Positions 55,235 through 64,000 of a stretch of DNA of 64,000 nucleotides are shown here, piece by piece. The stretch's first letter is position 1; every line of letters starts with the position of its first letter. The notes beneath the pieces are model-generated. The model made no database searches. It was not told the origin of the DNA and worked only from the letters and a program-made list of their open reading frames with translations. A program made the position numbers and the translations under genes. The DNA comes from a virus, in IMG/VR virus record IMGVR_UViG_3300044632_000653. One strand, 5' to 3'.

Positions 55235-55726
55235 ATGAAGTCGTTCAAGGAACTGCGCAAGACCATCAACGAGAGTTCGTATCCTTCGGCGTTCGACGCT
55301 GCGGGAACTAGGGGTCGTGTCGGTCCTCAGGACAGCGACAACTCGTTGGAGTTCGGTCGGAACCTCGCCGACCTGTCGAGGCAGTCCATCGCTAGGATCA
55401 ATACCTACCTCGGAGCCCTCGGAGCCAAGCCGTACATCAATCCGATGGAGGCTTTGAAGCAAGCGCAGGGTCGCCTTCAGATGGTCGGTCTCGACTTCCA
55501 CATCCCCAAGGACTTCTGCACCACGGTCGAGGAGTCCGAGACCACCAACACCTTCCCCCTGACCCGATTCGGGGGAACCCTTAGGTCGGATGGCACCACC
55601 TACGGATACGAAATGGATGACGGGATCACCCCTGTCCTCGGTCATGGCTTGATGATGCAGGTCGAGACCCAACGGCTCACGAACGGTCTCATCCAAGTGC
55701 AAGCCATGGTGGTCCCCTCCACCTAA
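55235..55726 (+). CDS. Virion protein with leader MKSFKELRKTINE
   Basis: AGGAG RBS; CTS-like leader. Confidence 0.7.
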   Translation: MKSFKELRKTINESSYPSAFDAAGTRGRVGPQDSDNSLEFGRNLADLSRQSIARINTYLGALGAKPYINPMEALKQAQGRLQMVGLDFHIPKDFCTTVEESETTNTFPLTRFGGTLRSDGTTYGYEMDDGITPVLGHGLMMQVETQRLTNGLIQVQAMVVPST

Positions 55727-55744
55727 AGAACTCTTGAGTATGGG

Positions 55745-56131
55745 ATGTATGAGCCGCTGACGGAAGACAACTACATCCGTTTCGCCATGAAGCACTACGA
55801 TAATCCCCTCTGCAAGGGGGTTGCGGAGTTTGAAGATGACATGGCGAGGCTCGTCTACCTCAAGAGGCTGTTCAGGCGGTACAGGAAAACGGGAGTCCTT
55901 CGGGAACGCCTGATCCTCAACCACATCATCGTCTTCTGCAATGTGTTCGGGGTCGAGGCGGGATGCCGCCTCCTCTTCCATCGCATCGAATCCGACCTCC
56001 ACTACATACTGAAGACCTTCCTCGTATACCTCGGGTATCTGCCCGAAGGACAGCCGAAGTTTAGGCTTGAGGTCGATGTCCTAGCCATGGTGATGGACAT
56101 GGGAATCATCCAACGGCTGAGGGGAATCTGA
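55745..56131 (+). CDS. Conserved T4-like phage protein
   Basis: FAMKHYDNP.C...EF..D..R..Y.KRL..RLILNH.I...NVFG. Confidence 0.8.
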   Translation: MYEPLTEDNYIRFAMKHYDNPLCKGVAEFEDDMARLVYLKRLFRRYRKTGVLRERLILNHIIVFCNVFGVEAGCRLLFHRIESDLHYILKTFLVYLGYLPEGQPKFRLEVDVLAMVMDMGIIQRLRGI

Positions 56132-56796
56132 TGTCATCCGTCGTAGACCTACTGATCTCATACAAGTTCGCACAGATCCTTGCCACTCCATGGAATCAGA
56201 TGGAGGCTTACAGGTTGGGGATCATCGATGCGGGGGGCAAGATCCTCAAGCCTCGGGCTAGCCTCAAGACAGCCGAGGAAAAGAAAGCGTATCCCTCGGT
56301 CTTCTACACCTTGGCTTGGAACATCAAGCGATTGCTTGAGTTCAACTCGCCGTGTCTCCTCGGAAAGGGCATCAACCTAGCCAACCGCAGCGAGTTCGCA
56401 GTCAGGACGATCCTCCTCAAGGAGTACTGCGAGAGGCAGGGAGCCGATCCAAATCTGATCGAAAGGTTGGTTTCGGAGGAACTCGACCGAAAAGGTCTGC
56501 TCCTATGGACGATGAATGAAGAGACGCAGCCCGTGGCAATCGAAGCGGGGTCCTATCGCATCCGTGGTCGAAGGGTCGCCCTCGACAGCCAACTGCTACC
56601 CACAGACGAGTTCTTCGGGTTCCCGATCTACAGGCTCGGGAGCCTGATCTTCACGATCAACGATGTCCAAGAGGACGCTCCTGCGAATGCGGTCGGACAT
56701 GGCAACATCGCAGGTACATCACCAGGTCAGGAACCACCAGGTCGCCGAGGTCTGCTCTTCAAGCGGAAGATCAGGCGACAGGCTTCTTCTGGCTGA
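56131..56796 (+). CDS. Conserved T4-like phage protein
   Basis: TPW....AY.LGIID..G; C-terminal EDAPAN..G.G.IAG. Confidence 0.7.
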   Translation: MSSVVDLLISYKFAQILATPWNQMEAYRLGIIDAGGKILKPRASLKTAEEKKAYPSVFYTLAWNIKRLLEFNSPCLLGKGINLANRSEFAVRTILLKEYCERQGADPNLIERLVSEELDRKGLLLWTMNEETQPVAIEAGSYRIRGRRVALDSQLLPTDEFFGFPIYRLGSLIFTINDVQEDAPANAVGHGNIAGTSPGQEPPGRRGLLFKRKIRRQASSG

Positions 56797-56916
56797 ACCG
56801 CTATGTATGCGGCTGTTTAGCCGTAAAAGTCGTAAAATCAAGAATCCCATAAGATTGTATTCAGCAAGTCCTTGTGGGGCTTAGTTCTCATACACTTATG
56901 GTTTGATCCTATAACT

Positions 56917-57951
56917 ATGCCTCTGTTTCTCGACACCAAGTACATCAACATGCTCTCGCCGAAGTTGGAACGCTTCGCATGGAAGAAGCCGAACCATCTC
57001 GCCGTATGCAGGTGTCCCATCTGCGGGGACTCCAAGAAGAACGGCAACATCTGTAGGTTTTACTTCTACGAGAAGAAGGGGTCGTTCTCCGTCAAGTGCC
57101 ACAACTGCGACTACGGAGCCTCCCTCGGGTGGTTCCTCAAAGGGTTCGATGGAAACCTTCACAGGCAGTACACCTTTGAGGTTCTAAAGGAGACGGGGTC
57201 GCACACGCACGGACGCACGGGCGCACACACGCCCACGCACGGACCCGCACACCCGCATGCCCGTGCGGGGGAGAGCCCGATCCTCAAGGAGATACCGAGG
57301 CTCTGCGATATGTCCGATACCCACGAAGCGGTTGTGTGGGCTAGGAAGAGACGCATACCCACCGAGGCGATGTGCCGCCTCTACTACGCCGATGACTACT
57401 CGGAATGGGCGAAGGGCATCGATCCCGAGATCAAGATCCCATCCGAGGGCAGGGTTGTCATCCCGATCCTCGACCCCGAGGGGAGGTTGGTGGGTGCCCA
57501 AGGCAGAACACTCGTCAAGACGAGCGGCATCCGATACATCACCGTCAAGGCTGATAAGGACTCGGACAAGATGTGGTATGGGATGGACAGGGTCGATCCA
57601 CGAAAGCCCGTGACGGTGGTCGAAGGTCCAATCGACAGCCTGTTCCTTGACAACGCCGTGGCGATGATCGGTCTGTCGAACGCCCTCAACATACCCGAGA
57701 GGCTGAAGGATGCCGAACTCAGGTACGCCATCGACAACGAGCCCCGAAACCGTCAGGTGGTCGCTGCGATGGAGATGATCGCCGAGAGCAGCCATTCCAT
57801 CTGCGTTTGGTCGGACAGGGTTGCGGGGTACAAGGACATCAACGACATGGTCCTCTCGGGCATGACGAGATCCATGATCGAAGCCGAGATCGCAAGAAAT
57901 TCCCATCGTGGGATCGCTGCACATGTTGCGATCAAGAAGTGGCATAGATAG
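56917..57951 (+). CDS. gp61: DNA primase
   Basis: CPICGDS..CHNC Zn finger; VVEGPIDSLFL, DNEPRN, KDINDM TOPRIM motifs. Confidence 0.96.
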   Translation: MPLFLDTKYINMLSPKLERFAWKKPNHLAVCRCPICGDSKKNGNICRFYFYEKKGSFSVKCHNCDYGASLGWFLKGFDGNLHRQYTFEVLKETGSHTHGRTGAHTPTHGPAHPHARAGESPILKEIPRLCDMSDTHEAVVWARKRRIPTEAMCRLYYADDYSEWAKGIDPEIKIPSEGRVVIPILDPEGRLVGAQGRTLVKTSGIRYITVKADKDSDKMWYGMDRVDPRKPVTVVEGPIDSLFLDNAVAMIGLSNALNIPERLKDAELRYAIDNEPRNRQVVAAMEMIAESSHSICVWSDRVAGYKDINDMVLSGMTRSMIEAEIARNSHRGIAAHVAIKKWHR

Positions 57952-57967
57952 CACGGAGGACTGCACC

Positions 57968-58324
57968 ATGAACCCCGATGAAACCCCCGAAGACCTTGAC
58001 GAGACCGAGTGGAGCCCGAGCGATGATCCCACGGACTACCCCGAGTTTTGGCAAGGACACGATTCCGACATCACTCCCGCAGCCGACATCATCGACAAGG
58101 TCCTCGGCGGCGAGGCGAGCGATGCGAAGGATGCGATCTACGCCGCCCTCTACAACAAGGTGGGGGAGCGGATCGACGGTCTTCGCTCGGAGTTGAGGGA
58201 CGAACCCAACGACATCTCCTCCGAGGTCGGCGACATGGGACTAGATGACAACGACATCGGCGACGATGTCGATGGCTCGGCGTGGGAAGAGACCGTTTCC
58301 GACGAATCCGACACCGAGGAGTGA
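57968..58324 (+). CDS. Acidic protein, gp67-like prohead core candidate
   Basis: IIDKVL....SDAKDAI.AALY.KV.ERID..R motif; TAGATA at 57945. Confidence 0.45.
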   Translation: MNPDETPEDLDETEWSPSDDPTDYPEFWQGHDSDITPAADIIDKVLGGEASDAKDAIYAALYNKVGERIDGLRSELRDEPNDISSEVGDMGLDDNDIGDDVDGSAWEETVSDESDTEE

Positions 58325-58330
58325 TCCACC

Positions 58331-59053
58331 TTGGAAGATCAGCCCCTGAAGATCCCTGTCCTCGACAAGGGATTCGTGCAGTATGTGTCGCACATGGGAG
58401 ACGATCTCACGGTGGTCAACGCCGCCCGTGTGTCGTTTCACAAGGAGAGCGAGTGGGACACCGAGCGTGATTGGCGTGGGGTGGCGTTGAGCGAGACGCT
58501 CCTTGAGCGTGACCGCAAACTCATCGAATACCTCGCCAAGCACCGCCATTGGACCCCGTTCGCCCATCCGCAGATCACCCTGCGGATCAAGGCACCGATC
58601 TCCATCCGTACACAACTGTTCAAGCACAAGCAGGGATTCGTGGAGAACGAGGTGTCACGCCGTTATGTGAACGAGACACCCGAGGTCTACATCCCCGATT
58701 GGCGCACGGCTCCCGTCGATGGGACGAAGCAGGGTTCGGGTGGATTCGTGGAGCAGACCGACAGCCGTCGTGGAGCAGCAGACTACCTCTATCGGGATTC
58801 GGTGGAGAAGTGCATGGATGTCTACGAGTCGTTGATCGCCCAAGGCATCGCTCCCGAACAGGCTCGGTTCGTGCTGCCTCAAGGAACCTATACGGAATGG
58901 TGGTGGACGGGATCGCTGTCAGCCTATGCAAGGGTGTACACCCAACGCTCGGACTCCCACGCACAATGGGAGGTGCGGGAGTACGCCGCTGCGATGGGCA
59001 AGATTATCTCTCCCCTGTTTCCCGTGTCATGGAACGCCCTGACAACCCTCTGA
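58331..59053 (+). CDS. thyX: Flavin-dependent thymidylate synthase
   Basis: VVNAARVSF, HWTPF, QLFKHK, NEVSRRY, PEQAR.VLP, HAQWE. Confidence 0.95.
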   Translation: MEDQPLKIPVLDKGFVQYVSHMGDDLTVVNAARVSFHKESEWDTERDWRGVALSETLLERDRKLIEYLAKHRHWTPFAHPQITLRIKAPISIRTQLFKHKQGFVENEVSRRYVNETPEVYIPDWRTAPVDGTKQGSGGFVEQTDSRRGAADYLYRDSVEKCMDVYESLIAQGIAPEQARFVLPQGTYTEWWWTGSLSAYARVYTQRSDSHAQWEVREYAAAMGKIISPLFPVSWNALTTL

Positions 59054-59076
59054 CCTGTTCCTAAATATCCAAACGG

Positions 59077-60645
59077 ATGTCGGGTCGATTTCGCTACATC
59101 AAGGACTACCGAGAGGATGAAGATCCTCAGAAGAAGCACCCGATCAACGAGGAGCCCGATGTTCCGTCAACCCCGAGCAAGGGAGAGGACGGACTCCCAG
59201 GCATTCGTGGTCCCCGAGGTCCCAAGGGCGACAAAGGCGAACAAGGTCCGCAAGGACTTGTAGGCGAACGAGGCGAACGAGGCGAACGAGGTCTCCAAGG
59301 TCTGCATGGACTGAGGGGAGAGCGAGGTGAGCGTGGAGAGCAAGGTTCCCAAGGTCCGCAAGGTGAGAAGGGAGCCACGGGTTCCCAAGGAGTCCAAGGC
59401 GAAAGAGGACTTCAAGGATTGGCAGGGGAAAAGGGAGCGCAGGGCGAGAGGGGAGATATCGGGGCGCAGGGACCCGAAGGTCCGCAGGGACCTGTTGGCG
59501 AACGAGGAGAACGAGGCGAACGGGGAGAGCAAGGTCCCCAAGGAGCCGAAGGTCCCCAAGGTTTCCAAGGTCCGCAAGGAAACGAAGGTCCCCAAGGTCC
59601 CCGTGGAGAGCGTGGGGAAAAGGGAGAGCAAGGCGATCAAGGAGAGCGAGGCTCTCAAGGCGTTCAAGGAGTTGCAGGACAGGCTGGGCCTATAGGTCCA
59701 CAAGGTCCGCAAGGCGAGAGAGGTGCCACGGGAGACTCGGGCGTTCTCTCGGTTCAGTATCCGCTGAAACTCGACCCCGACCGCAAGCATCTCACAATCG
59801 ATCTGTCGAAGATCAAGCCGACCACGCCGATCCTCTACGACGGCGGCGGCGGTCTTGGCGAAGCATTCAAGTTCATCTCCGTGTCGGGTCAGTCGGGTCT
59901 GACTGCCGTTCAGTACGACAAGGAGACCCTGACCCTCGTTGCGGGTAACAACATTACCCTCACGACAGATCCCAACAGCAACTCCATCACGATCAATGGT
60001 TCAGGTGGCGGCGGTACAGGTTCGGTTGGCGGCATAACTGGAGACTATGTCTCGGGAATCAATGGTCTCACGGGCGCACTCGGGCTCACAGTCGGGGGCA
60101 ACATCACCCTGACCATGACGGGAGCGAACAACAAGACATTCCGCCTGTATGTCAAGCCCCCCGCCACAGTCAAGGGACAAGCGGGTGCCCTCGCCTTCAC
60201 CGATACGAACGCTCCATTTGAGGGGGACGGGTCGGATCTCGGAGCAGACAACGCCCTCAAGTACAACTACCTGTCCGATCTCTCGTTTGAGGCTCCAGGT
60301 TCGATCAAGTTCGGCACCACCTTGGCGGGGTCCTATTTGGAGTTCCCCGATGGCACCACACAGGACACGGCAGCAAAGTGCTGCCCGATTCCAATAGCGA
60401 CAACGGGATCGACGGGTGTCGCTTCCTTCGATGGGGAGCAGTTCAATGTCTCCACGACGGGACATGTCACGATAAGGACGGGGATCAAGGCGGGAAACCT
60501 CATCGTCTTGGGGTCGAGTCTTATCTTCGGTGTGGGAGGGACAGGAGCCTTGCCTGCCCTCGACGGTTCCGCATTGACGGGAGTCGATGCCAAATACCTT
60601 CAAGGCAAGACCCCTCGGCAGATCACCGATGGTGGCACATTCTGA
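59077..60645 (+). CDS. Collagen-like tail fibre protein
   Basis: Long Gly-X-Y tract (about 59190-59740); TGVASF motif; C-terminal DGGTF. Confidence 0.85.
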   Translation: MSGRFRYIKDYREDEDPQKKHPINEEPDVPSTPSKGEDGLPGIRGPRGPKGDKGEQGPQGLVGERGERGERGLQGLHGLRGERGERGEQGSQGPQGEKGATGSQGVQGERGLQGLAGEKGAQGERGDIGAQGPEGPQGPVGERGERGERGEQGPQGAEGPQGFQGPQGNEGPQGPRGERGEKGEQGDQGERGSQGVQGVAGQAGPIGPQGPQGERGATGDSGVLSVQYPLKLDPDRKHLTIDLSKIKPTTPILYDGGGGLGEAFKFISVSGQSGLTAVQYDKETLTLVAGNNITLTTDPNSNSITINGSGGGGTGSVGGITGDYVSGINGLTGALGLTVGGNITLTMTGANNKTFRLYVKPPATVKGQAGALAFTDTNAPFEGDGSDLGADNALKYNYLSDLSFEAPGSIKFGTTLAGSYLEFPDGTTQDTAAKCCPIPIATTGSTGVASFDGEQFNVSTTGHVTIRTGIKAGNLIVLGSSLIFGVGGTGALPALDGSALTGVDAKYLQGKTPRQITDGGTF

Positions 60646-60674
60646 CATAGATACCCCAAAGGAAAAAAACAACC

Positions 60675-62549
60675 ATGCCCCGTGAAAGCACGATAACAGT
60701 ACTGCGGTCCACCACCACCGATGTCCCAACAGGACTGACCTTCGGTGAAATTGCGTATTCCGATCTGAACGGTAAGTTCCACATTGGTAAGGGTGATGGA
60801 ACTAGCCTGTGGATCGGCGCACAGATCACAGCAGGAGACATCACCACCAACAGTCAGTACATCGTGCCGACGCAATCGGCGGTCAAGTCCTATGTTGACG
60901 GTGTTGTCGGCGGCGGTGGTGCGGTTGTCAACACGGTCAACGGCACGGGCGGCAACATCGTTGTCACGGGCGACAACGGTGCCGTGATCAAGGTCACATC
61001 GGGAGCGACGAACACCATATCGGCTCGTCTTGCGACCACAAGCGTCACGGGTGTCGCCTCATTCACTAGCGCAGACTTCACGGTTTCCGCTGTGGGTGCG
61101 GTAGGTCTGAAGGATGTTGTCCGCAGCGTCAACGGTCTCACAGGCACAGTAACGATCACAGGTGACGGCGGGTCTCTGATCGGTCGCACCAACAACAGTT
61201 TCACGAACAGGCTTGCCGACGCATCGGCAACGGGTGTCGCCTCTTTCAGTTCGACCTACTTCTCGGTTTCCTCGGGCGCAGTAAGCCTTGCCTCGGCATA
61301 CCAAGCCACGGGTGACACGGTCATCACGGTTGTGGGATCGGGAATCGCCATCTCGACCTCGGGTAAGACGGACACCCTTTTCAACATCGGTGTCACGGGC
61401 TTCAACGGTCTCACGGGAAGCATCACGGTCACAGGTGACGGCGGCTCGTTGATCGGTCTTGACAACAACAAGTTCACGAACAGGCTTGCGACCACGGGTG
61501 TGACAGGTGTCGCCTCGTTCAACGCCACTAGGTTCTCGGTGACGAACGGTGCCGTTGATCTTGCTGCCGCCTATCAAGCCACAGGCGACACGGTCCAAGC
61601 GGGATCGGGAATTGCCATTGGATCGGGCAAGACGATCACAAACATCGGTGTCACGGGCTTCAACGGTCTCACAGGCAACATCACGGTCACGGGAGATGGT
61701 GGATCTCTCGTCGGTCGTGACAACAACAAGTTCACCAACAGGCTAGCAGACACCTCGGTCACAGGTGTCGCCTCGTTCAACTCGACCTACTTCACGGTTT
61801 CTAGCGGTGCGGTGAGCCTCGCATCGGCATACCAAGCCACGGGCGACACGGTCATCACTACGGCGGGATCGGGAATTGCCATCTCGACCTCGGGCAAGAC
61901 GGACACGCTTTTCAACATCGGTGTCACGGGCTTCAATGGACTGACAGGCAACATCACGGTCACAGGTGACGGCGGCTCGTTGATCGGTCTTGACAACAAC
62001 AAGTTCACGAACAGGCTTGCGACAACGGGTGTGACGGGTGTAGCCTCGTTCAACTCGACTCACTTCTCGGTGTCGAGTGGTGCCGTGTCCTCGACGGGTA
62101 TCACCGTCAAGGCAAGCACAAGCGACACAGGAACCACGCTGAATCTCGGTGGAACCCTCACCATCACGGGAACTGCGTCTCAGGTCTCGGTGAGCAGGTC
62201 GAACACAGAGTTCACTATCGGTCTTCCGAACGACATCACGATCCCTGGCAACCTCACCGTCAATGGAACGGTGGTCACGGCGAATGTCGATTCGTTCGTT
62301 GTCGAGGACCCGCTCATCATGCTTGGTACAGGCAACGCAGCGGACAGCGTTGACCTCGGATTCTACGGTCAGTACACAAGCAGCGGAAAGCGATTCGCAG
62401 GAATCTTCAGGGACGCTTCCGACAGCGGCAAGTTCAAGTTCTTCACGGGACTCTCGGGTGGAGTCGAACCCACCACATTCGTGAACGATTCGGGATCTGG
62501 ATACACGATGGCAACGGTGGTTGCGAGGATCGACGGCGGAACTTTCTGA
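60675..62549 (+). CDS. Repeat-rich tail fibre protein
   Basis: N-terminal RS..P..L..GEIA; 86-91 aa Thr/Gly repeats; VEDPLI; C-terminal DGGTF. Confidence 0.85.
   Translation: MPRESTITVLRSTTTDVPTGLTFGEIAYSDLNGKFHIGKGDGTSLWIGAQITAGDITTNSQYIVPTQSAVKSYVDGVVGGGGAVVNTVNGTGGNIVVTGDNGAVIKVTSGATNTISARLATTSVTGVASFTSADFTVSAVGAVGLKDVVRSVNGLTGTVTITGDGGSLIGRTNNSFTNRLADASATGVASFSSTYFSVSSGAVSLASAYQATGDTVITVVGSGIAISTSGKTDTLFNIGVTGFNGLTGSITVTGDGGSLIGLDNNKFTNRLATTGVTGVASFNATRFSVTNGAVDLAAAYQATGDTVQAGSGIAIGSGKTITNIGVTGFNGLTGNITVTGDGGSLVGRDNNKFTNRLADTSVTGVASFNSTYFTVSSGAVSLASAYQATGDTVITTAGSGIAISTSGKTDTLFNIGVTGFNGLTGNITVTGDGGSLIGLDNNKFTNRLATTGVTGVASFNSTHFSVSSGAVSSTGITVKASTSDTGTTLNLGGTLTITGTASQVSVSRSNTEFTIGLPNDITIPGNLTVNGTVVTANVDSFVVEDPLIMLGTGNAADSVDLGFYGQYTSSGKRFAGIFRDASDSGKFKFFTGLSGGVEPTTFVNDSGSGYTMATVVARIDGGTF
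61158..62100 (+). repeat. Tandem 258-273 bp repeats in the fibre gene, shared with the next gene
   Basis: TGDGGSL units start at 61158, 61431, 61689 and 61962; same blocks recur at about 62920-64000. Confidence 0.9.
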
Positions 62550-62581
62550 TTCCGTGACGAGAAGGGGATTTTCGTTTCGAT

Positions 62582-64000
62582 ATGGCTCGACAAGAGACAA
62601 TCAAGATACTTCGATCCGAGGTCCCCTCGGCGACTCCTTCCCTCACAGCAGGTGAGATCGCCGTCAACATCGCAGACCGCAGACTTTTCGTGGGAGGTAC
62701 GGGAGGTACCTCCGACAGGGTCACCTTCAGGGACGAACGCTCGACCGTTTGGTCGGTCAACAGCCTCACGGGCTCGGTGACTCTTGGTGTGGGTCAACTC
62801 TCGGATGTGAATCTTGAGGATCCACCCGAGCAATATCAGTTCCTGCAATGGAACGGAGTTGACGAGTGGAGACCCGCATACGCAGTCACCTCCCTCAACA
62901 CCCTGATTGGTTCCGTCACGCTCACAGGTGACGGTGGGTCCCTGATCGGTCGTACTAACAACAGTTTCACCAACAGGACTGCGACCACGGGTGTGACGGG
63001 TGTGGCATCGTTCCTGTCAGACCACTTTACGGTGAGTGGAACGGGACATGTCAGCAGCAAGGGTGTCATCACGATCAACAACACGGCACCCGATGCGAAC
63101 GGCAACTTCAATGTTGCGGCTGCGACCGTGGTGACGGGTGACGGTGGATCCCTTATCGGAGACGGTGTCGCAATCCGAGCAAGGGTTGCCACTACAGGAA
63201 TCACGGGTGTCGCTTCCTTCGATTCAGGCGACTTCGCTGTGAGCCTAGAAGGAGTTGTCACAGTCAAGAATGGCGGAATCGGCAACGCTCAACTTGCGAA
63301 CTCCTCAATCACCTTCCGTGATTCTGTTCAAACCACAGAAGTGGCTTCTTTAGGAGATACCTTTACCCTTACAGGTGGACCTGGAATTTCTGTTCGGGAA
63401 GTTACTACTGACACATTCGCATTCCAAGGAATAACTGCAACAGATAGCGTTCTCGGTGTCGCCTCGTTCAACTCGACCTACTTCACGGTTTCTAATGGTG
63501 CCGTTGATCTTGCTGCCGCCTACCAAGCCACAGGTGACACGGTCATCACAGTCGCAGGATCAGGCATCGCCATCTCGACCTCGGGCAAAACGGACACCCT
63601 TTTCAACATCGGTGTCACGGGAATCGGATTTGGCTCCGATGTTGGACTGACGGGCAAGGTCAACATCACGGCAGGATCGAATATCACGATCACCCAATCG
63701 GGGAACCTCATCACATTCAGCGGCGTGGCTCAACAGGTAACAGCCGTTACGGGTGATGGTGCATCTATTGTCGGCAAGGACAACTCCAACATTACCGCAA
63801 GGCTTGCAACCGCAAGTCTGACAGGTGTCGCCTCATTCAACTCGACATACTTCTCGGTCGCTAGCACGGGTCATGTGACCCTCGCCTCGGCATATCAAGC
63901 CACGGGTGACACAGTCATCACGGTTGCGGGATCAGGCATCGCCATCTCGACCTCGGGCAAGACGGACACCATCTTCAACATCGGTGTCACGGGCTTCAAC
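62582..64000 (+). CDS. Repeat-rich tail fibre protein (runs off the window)
   Basis: MARQETIKILRSEVPSATPSLTAGEIAVN..; same repeat units; absent from the ORF track, presumably because it has no stop in the window. Confidence 0.85.
   Translation, partial: MARQETIKILRSEVPSATPSLTAGEIAVNIADRRLFVGGTGGTSDRVTFRDERSTVWSVNSLTGSVTLGVGQLSDVNLEDPPEQYQFLQWNGVDEWRPAYAVTSLNTLIGSVTLTGDGGSLIGRTNNSFTNRTATTGVTGVASFLSDHFTVSGTGHVSSKGVITINNTAPDANGNFNVAAATVVTGDGGSLIGDGVAIRARVATTGITGVASFDSGDFAVSLEGVVTVKNGGIGNAQLANSSITFRDSVQTTEVASLGDTFTLTGGPGISVREVTTDTFAFQGITATDSVLGVASFNSTYFTVSNGAVDLAAAYQATGDTVITVAGSGIAISTSGKTDTLFNIGVTGIGFGSDVGLTGKVNITAGSNITITQSGNLITFSGVAQQVTAVTGDGASIVGKDNSNITARLATASLTGVASFNSTYFSVASTGHVTLASAYQATGDTVITVAGSGIAISTSGKTDTIFNIGVTGFN

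Noticed and set aside
12561-57270. GCAC clusters as CRISPR repeats, REP elements or MITEs
   Set aside because: No constant-length spacers, terminal inverted repeats or target duplications, and they are intragenic; kept only as an unexplained repeat finding
25914-59053. Stop-codon reassignment, introns or inteins in core genes
   Set aside because: gp43, gp41, gp61, uvsX, gp44 and thyX are full-length and uninterrupted in the standard code; no suppressor tRNA seen
265-63714. Many long minus-strand ORFs (e.g. 2969-4369, 16790-17947, 32518-33666, 53703-54956)
   Set aside because: They are antisense shadows of well-supported + strand genes in GC-rich DNA, with no motifs, RBS or promoters
60675-64000. 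Possible diversity-generating retroelement TR/VR pair or CRISPR array in the fibre repeats
   Set aside because: Repeats are in-frame coding units differing mostly at synonymous sites, not adenine-specific; no reverse transcriptase and no repeat-spacer structure in the window

Overview
64 kb of a GC-rich T4-like myophage genome, with essentially all genes on the + strand. The right two-thirds holds the T4 replication core (gp45, gp44, gp62, regA, gp43, uvsX, gp41, gp61), dUTPase, ThyX and two amino-DNA methyltransferases. It also holds a ~9 kb glycan-biosynthesis island between uvsX and gp41, virion genes, and collagen/repeat tail fibres. The left third is accessory and contains three tRNAs and a tmRNA. 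A Planctomycete-style dockerin (D-x-N/D-x-DG-x-VD...WG) points to a Phycisphaerae-like host (inference). Highlights: (1) At least 15 genes, many under late promoters, start with T4 internal-protein-like capsid-targeting leaders (MK[T/S]F/Y..[F/Y]I.E, plus a second T[L/M]R.L.E.AN leader). Some leaders are duplicated as DNA cassettes and fused to different enzyme cargoes, several of them polyproteins punctuated by I/L/V-x-E prohead-protease-type sites. (2) A 1200-aa nucleotidyltransferase/RimK/RimB-type protease/poly-Glu polyprotein belongs to this set. (3) A phage-encoded cohesin-like secreted protein occurs alongside a dockerin-tagged serine protease. (4) A GCACGGGCGCAC-based DNA repeat is embedded, in all three frames, in unrelated genes including polymerase, helicase and primase. 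(5) Several 4-mers appear strongly avoided, and the substitute codons (TTG, CAA, AGG) are exactly those read by the three phage tRNAs. All family calls come from motif recognition by eye; no searches were run.
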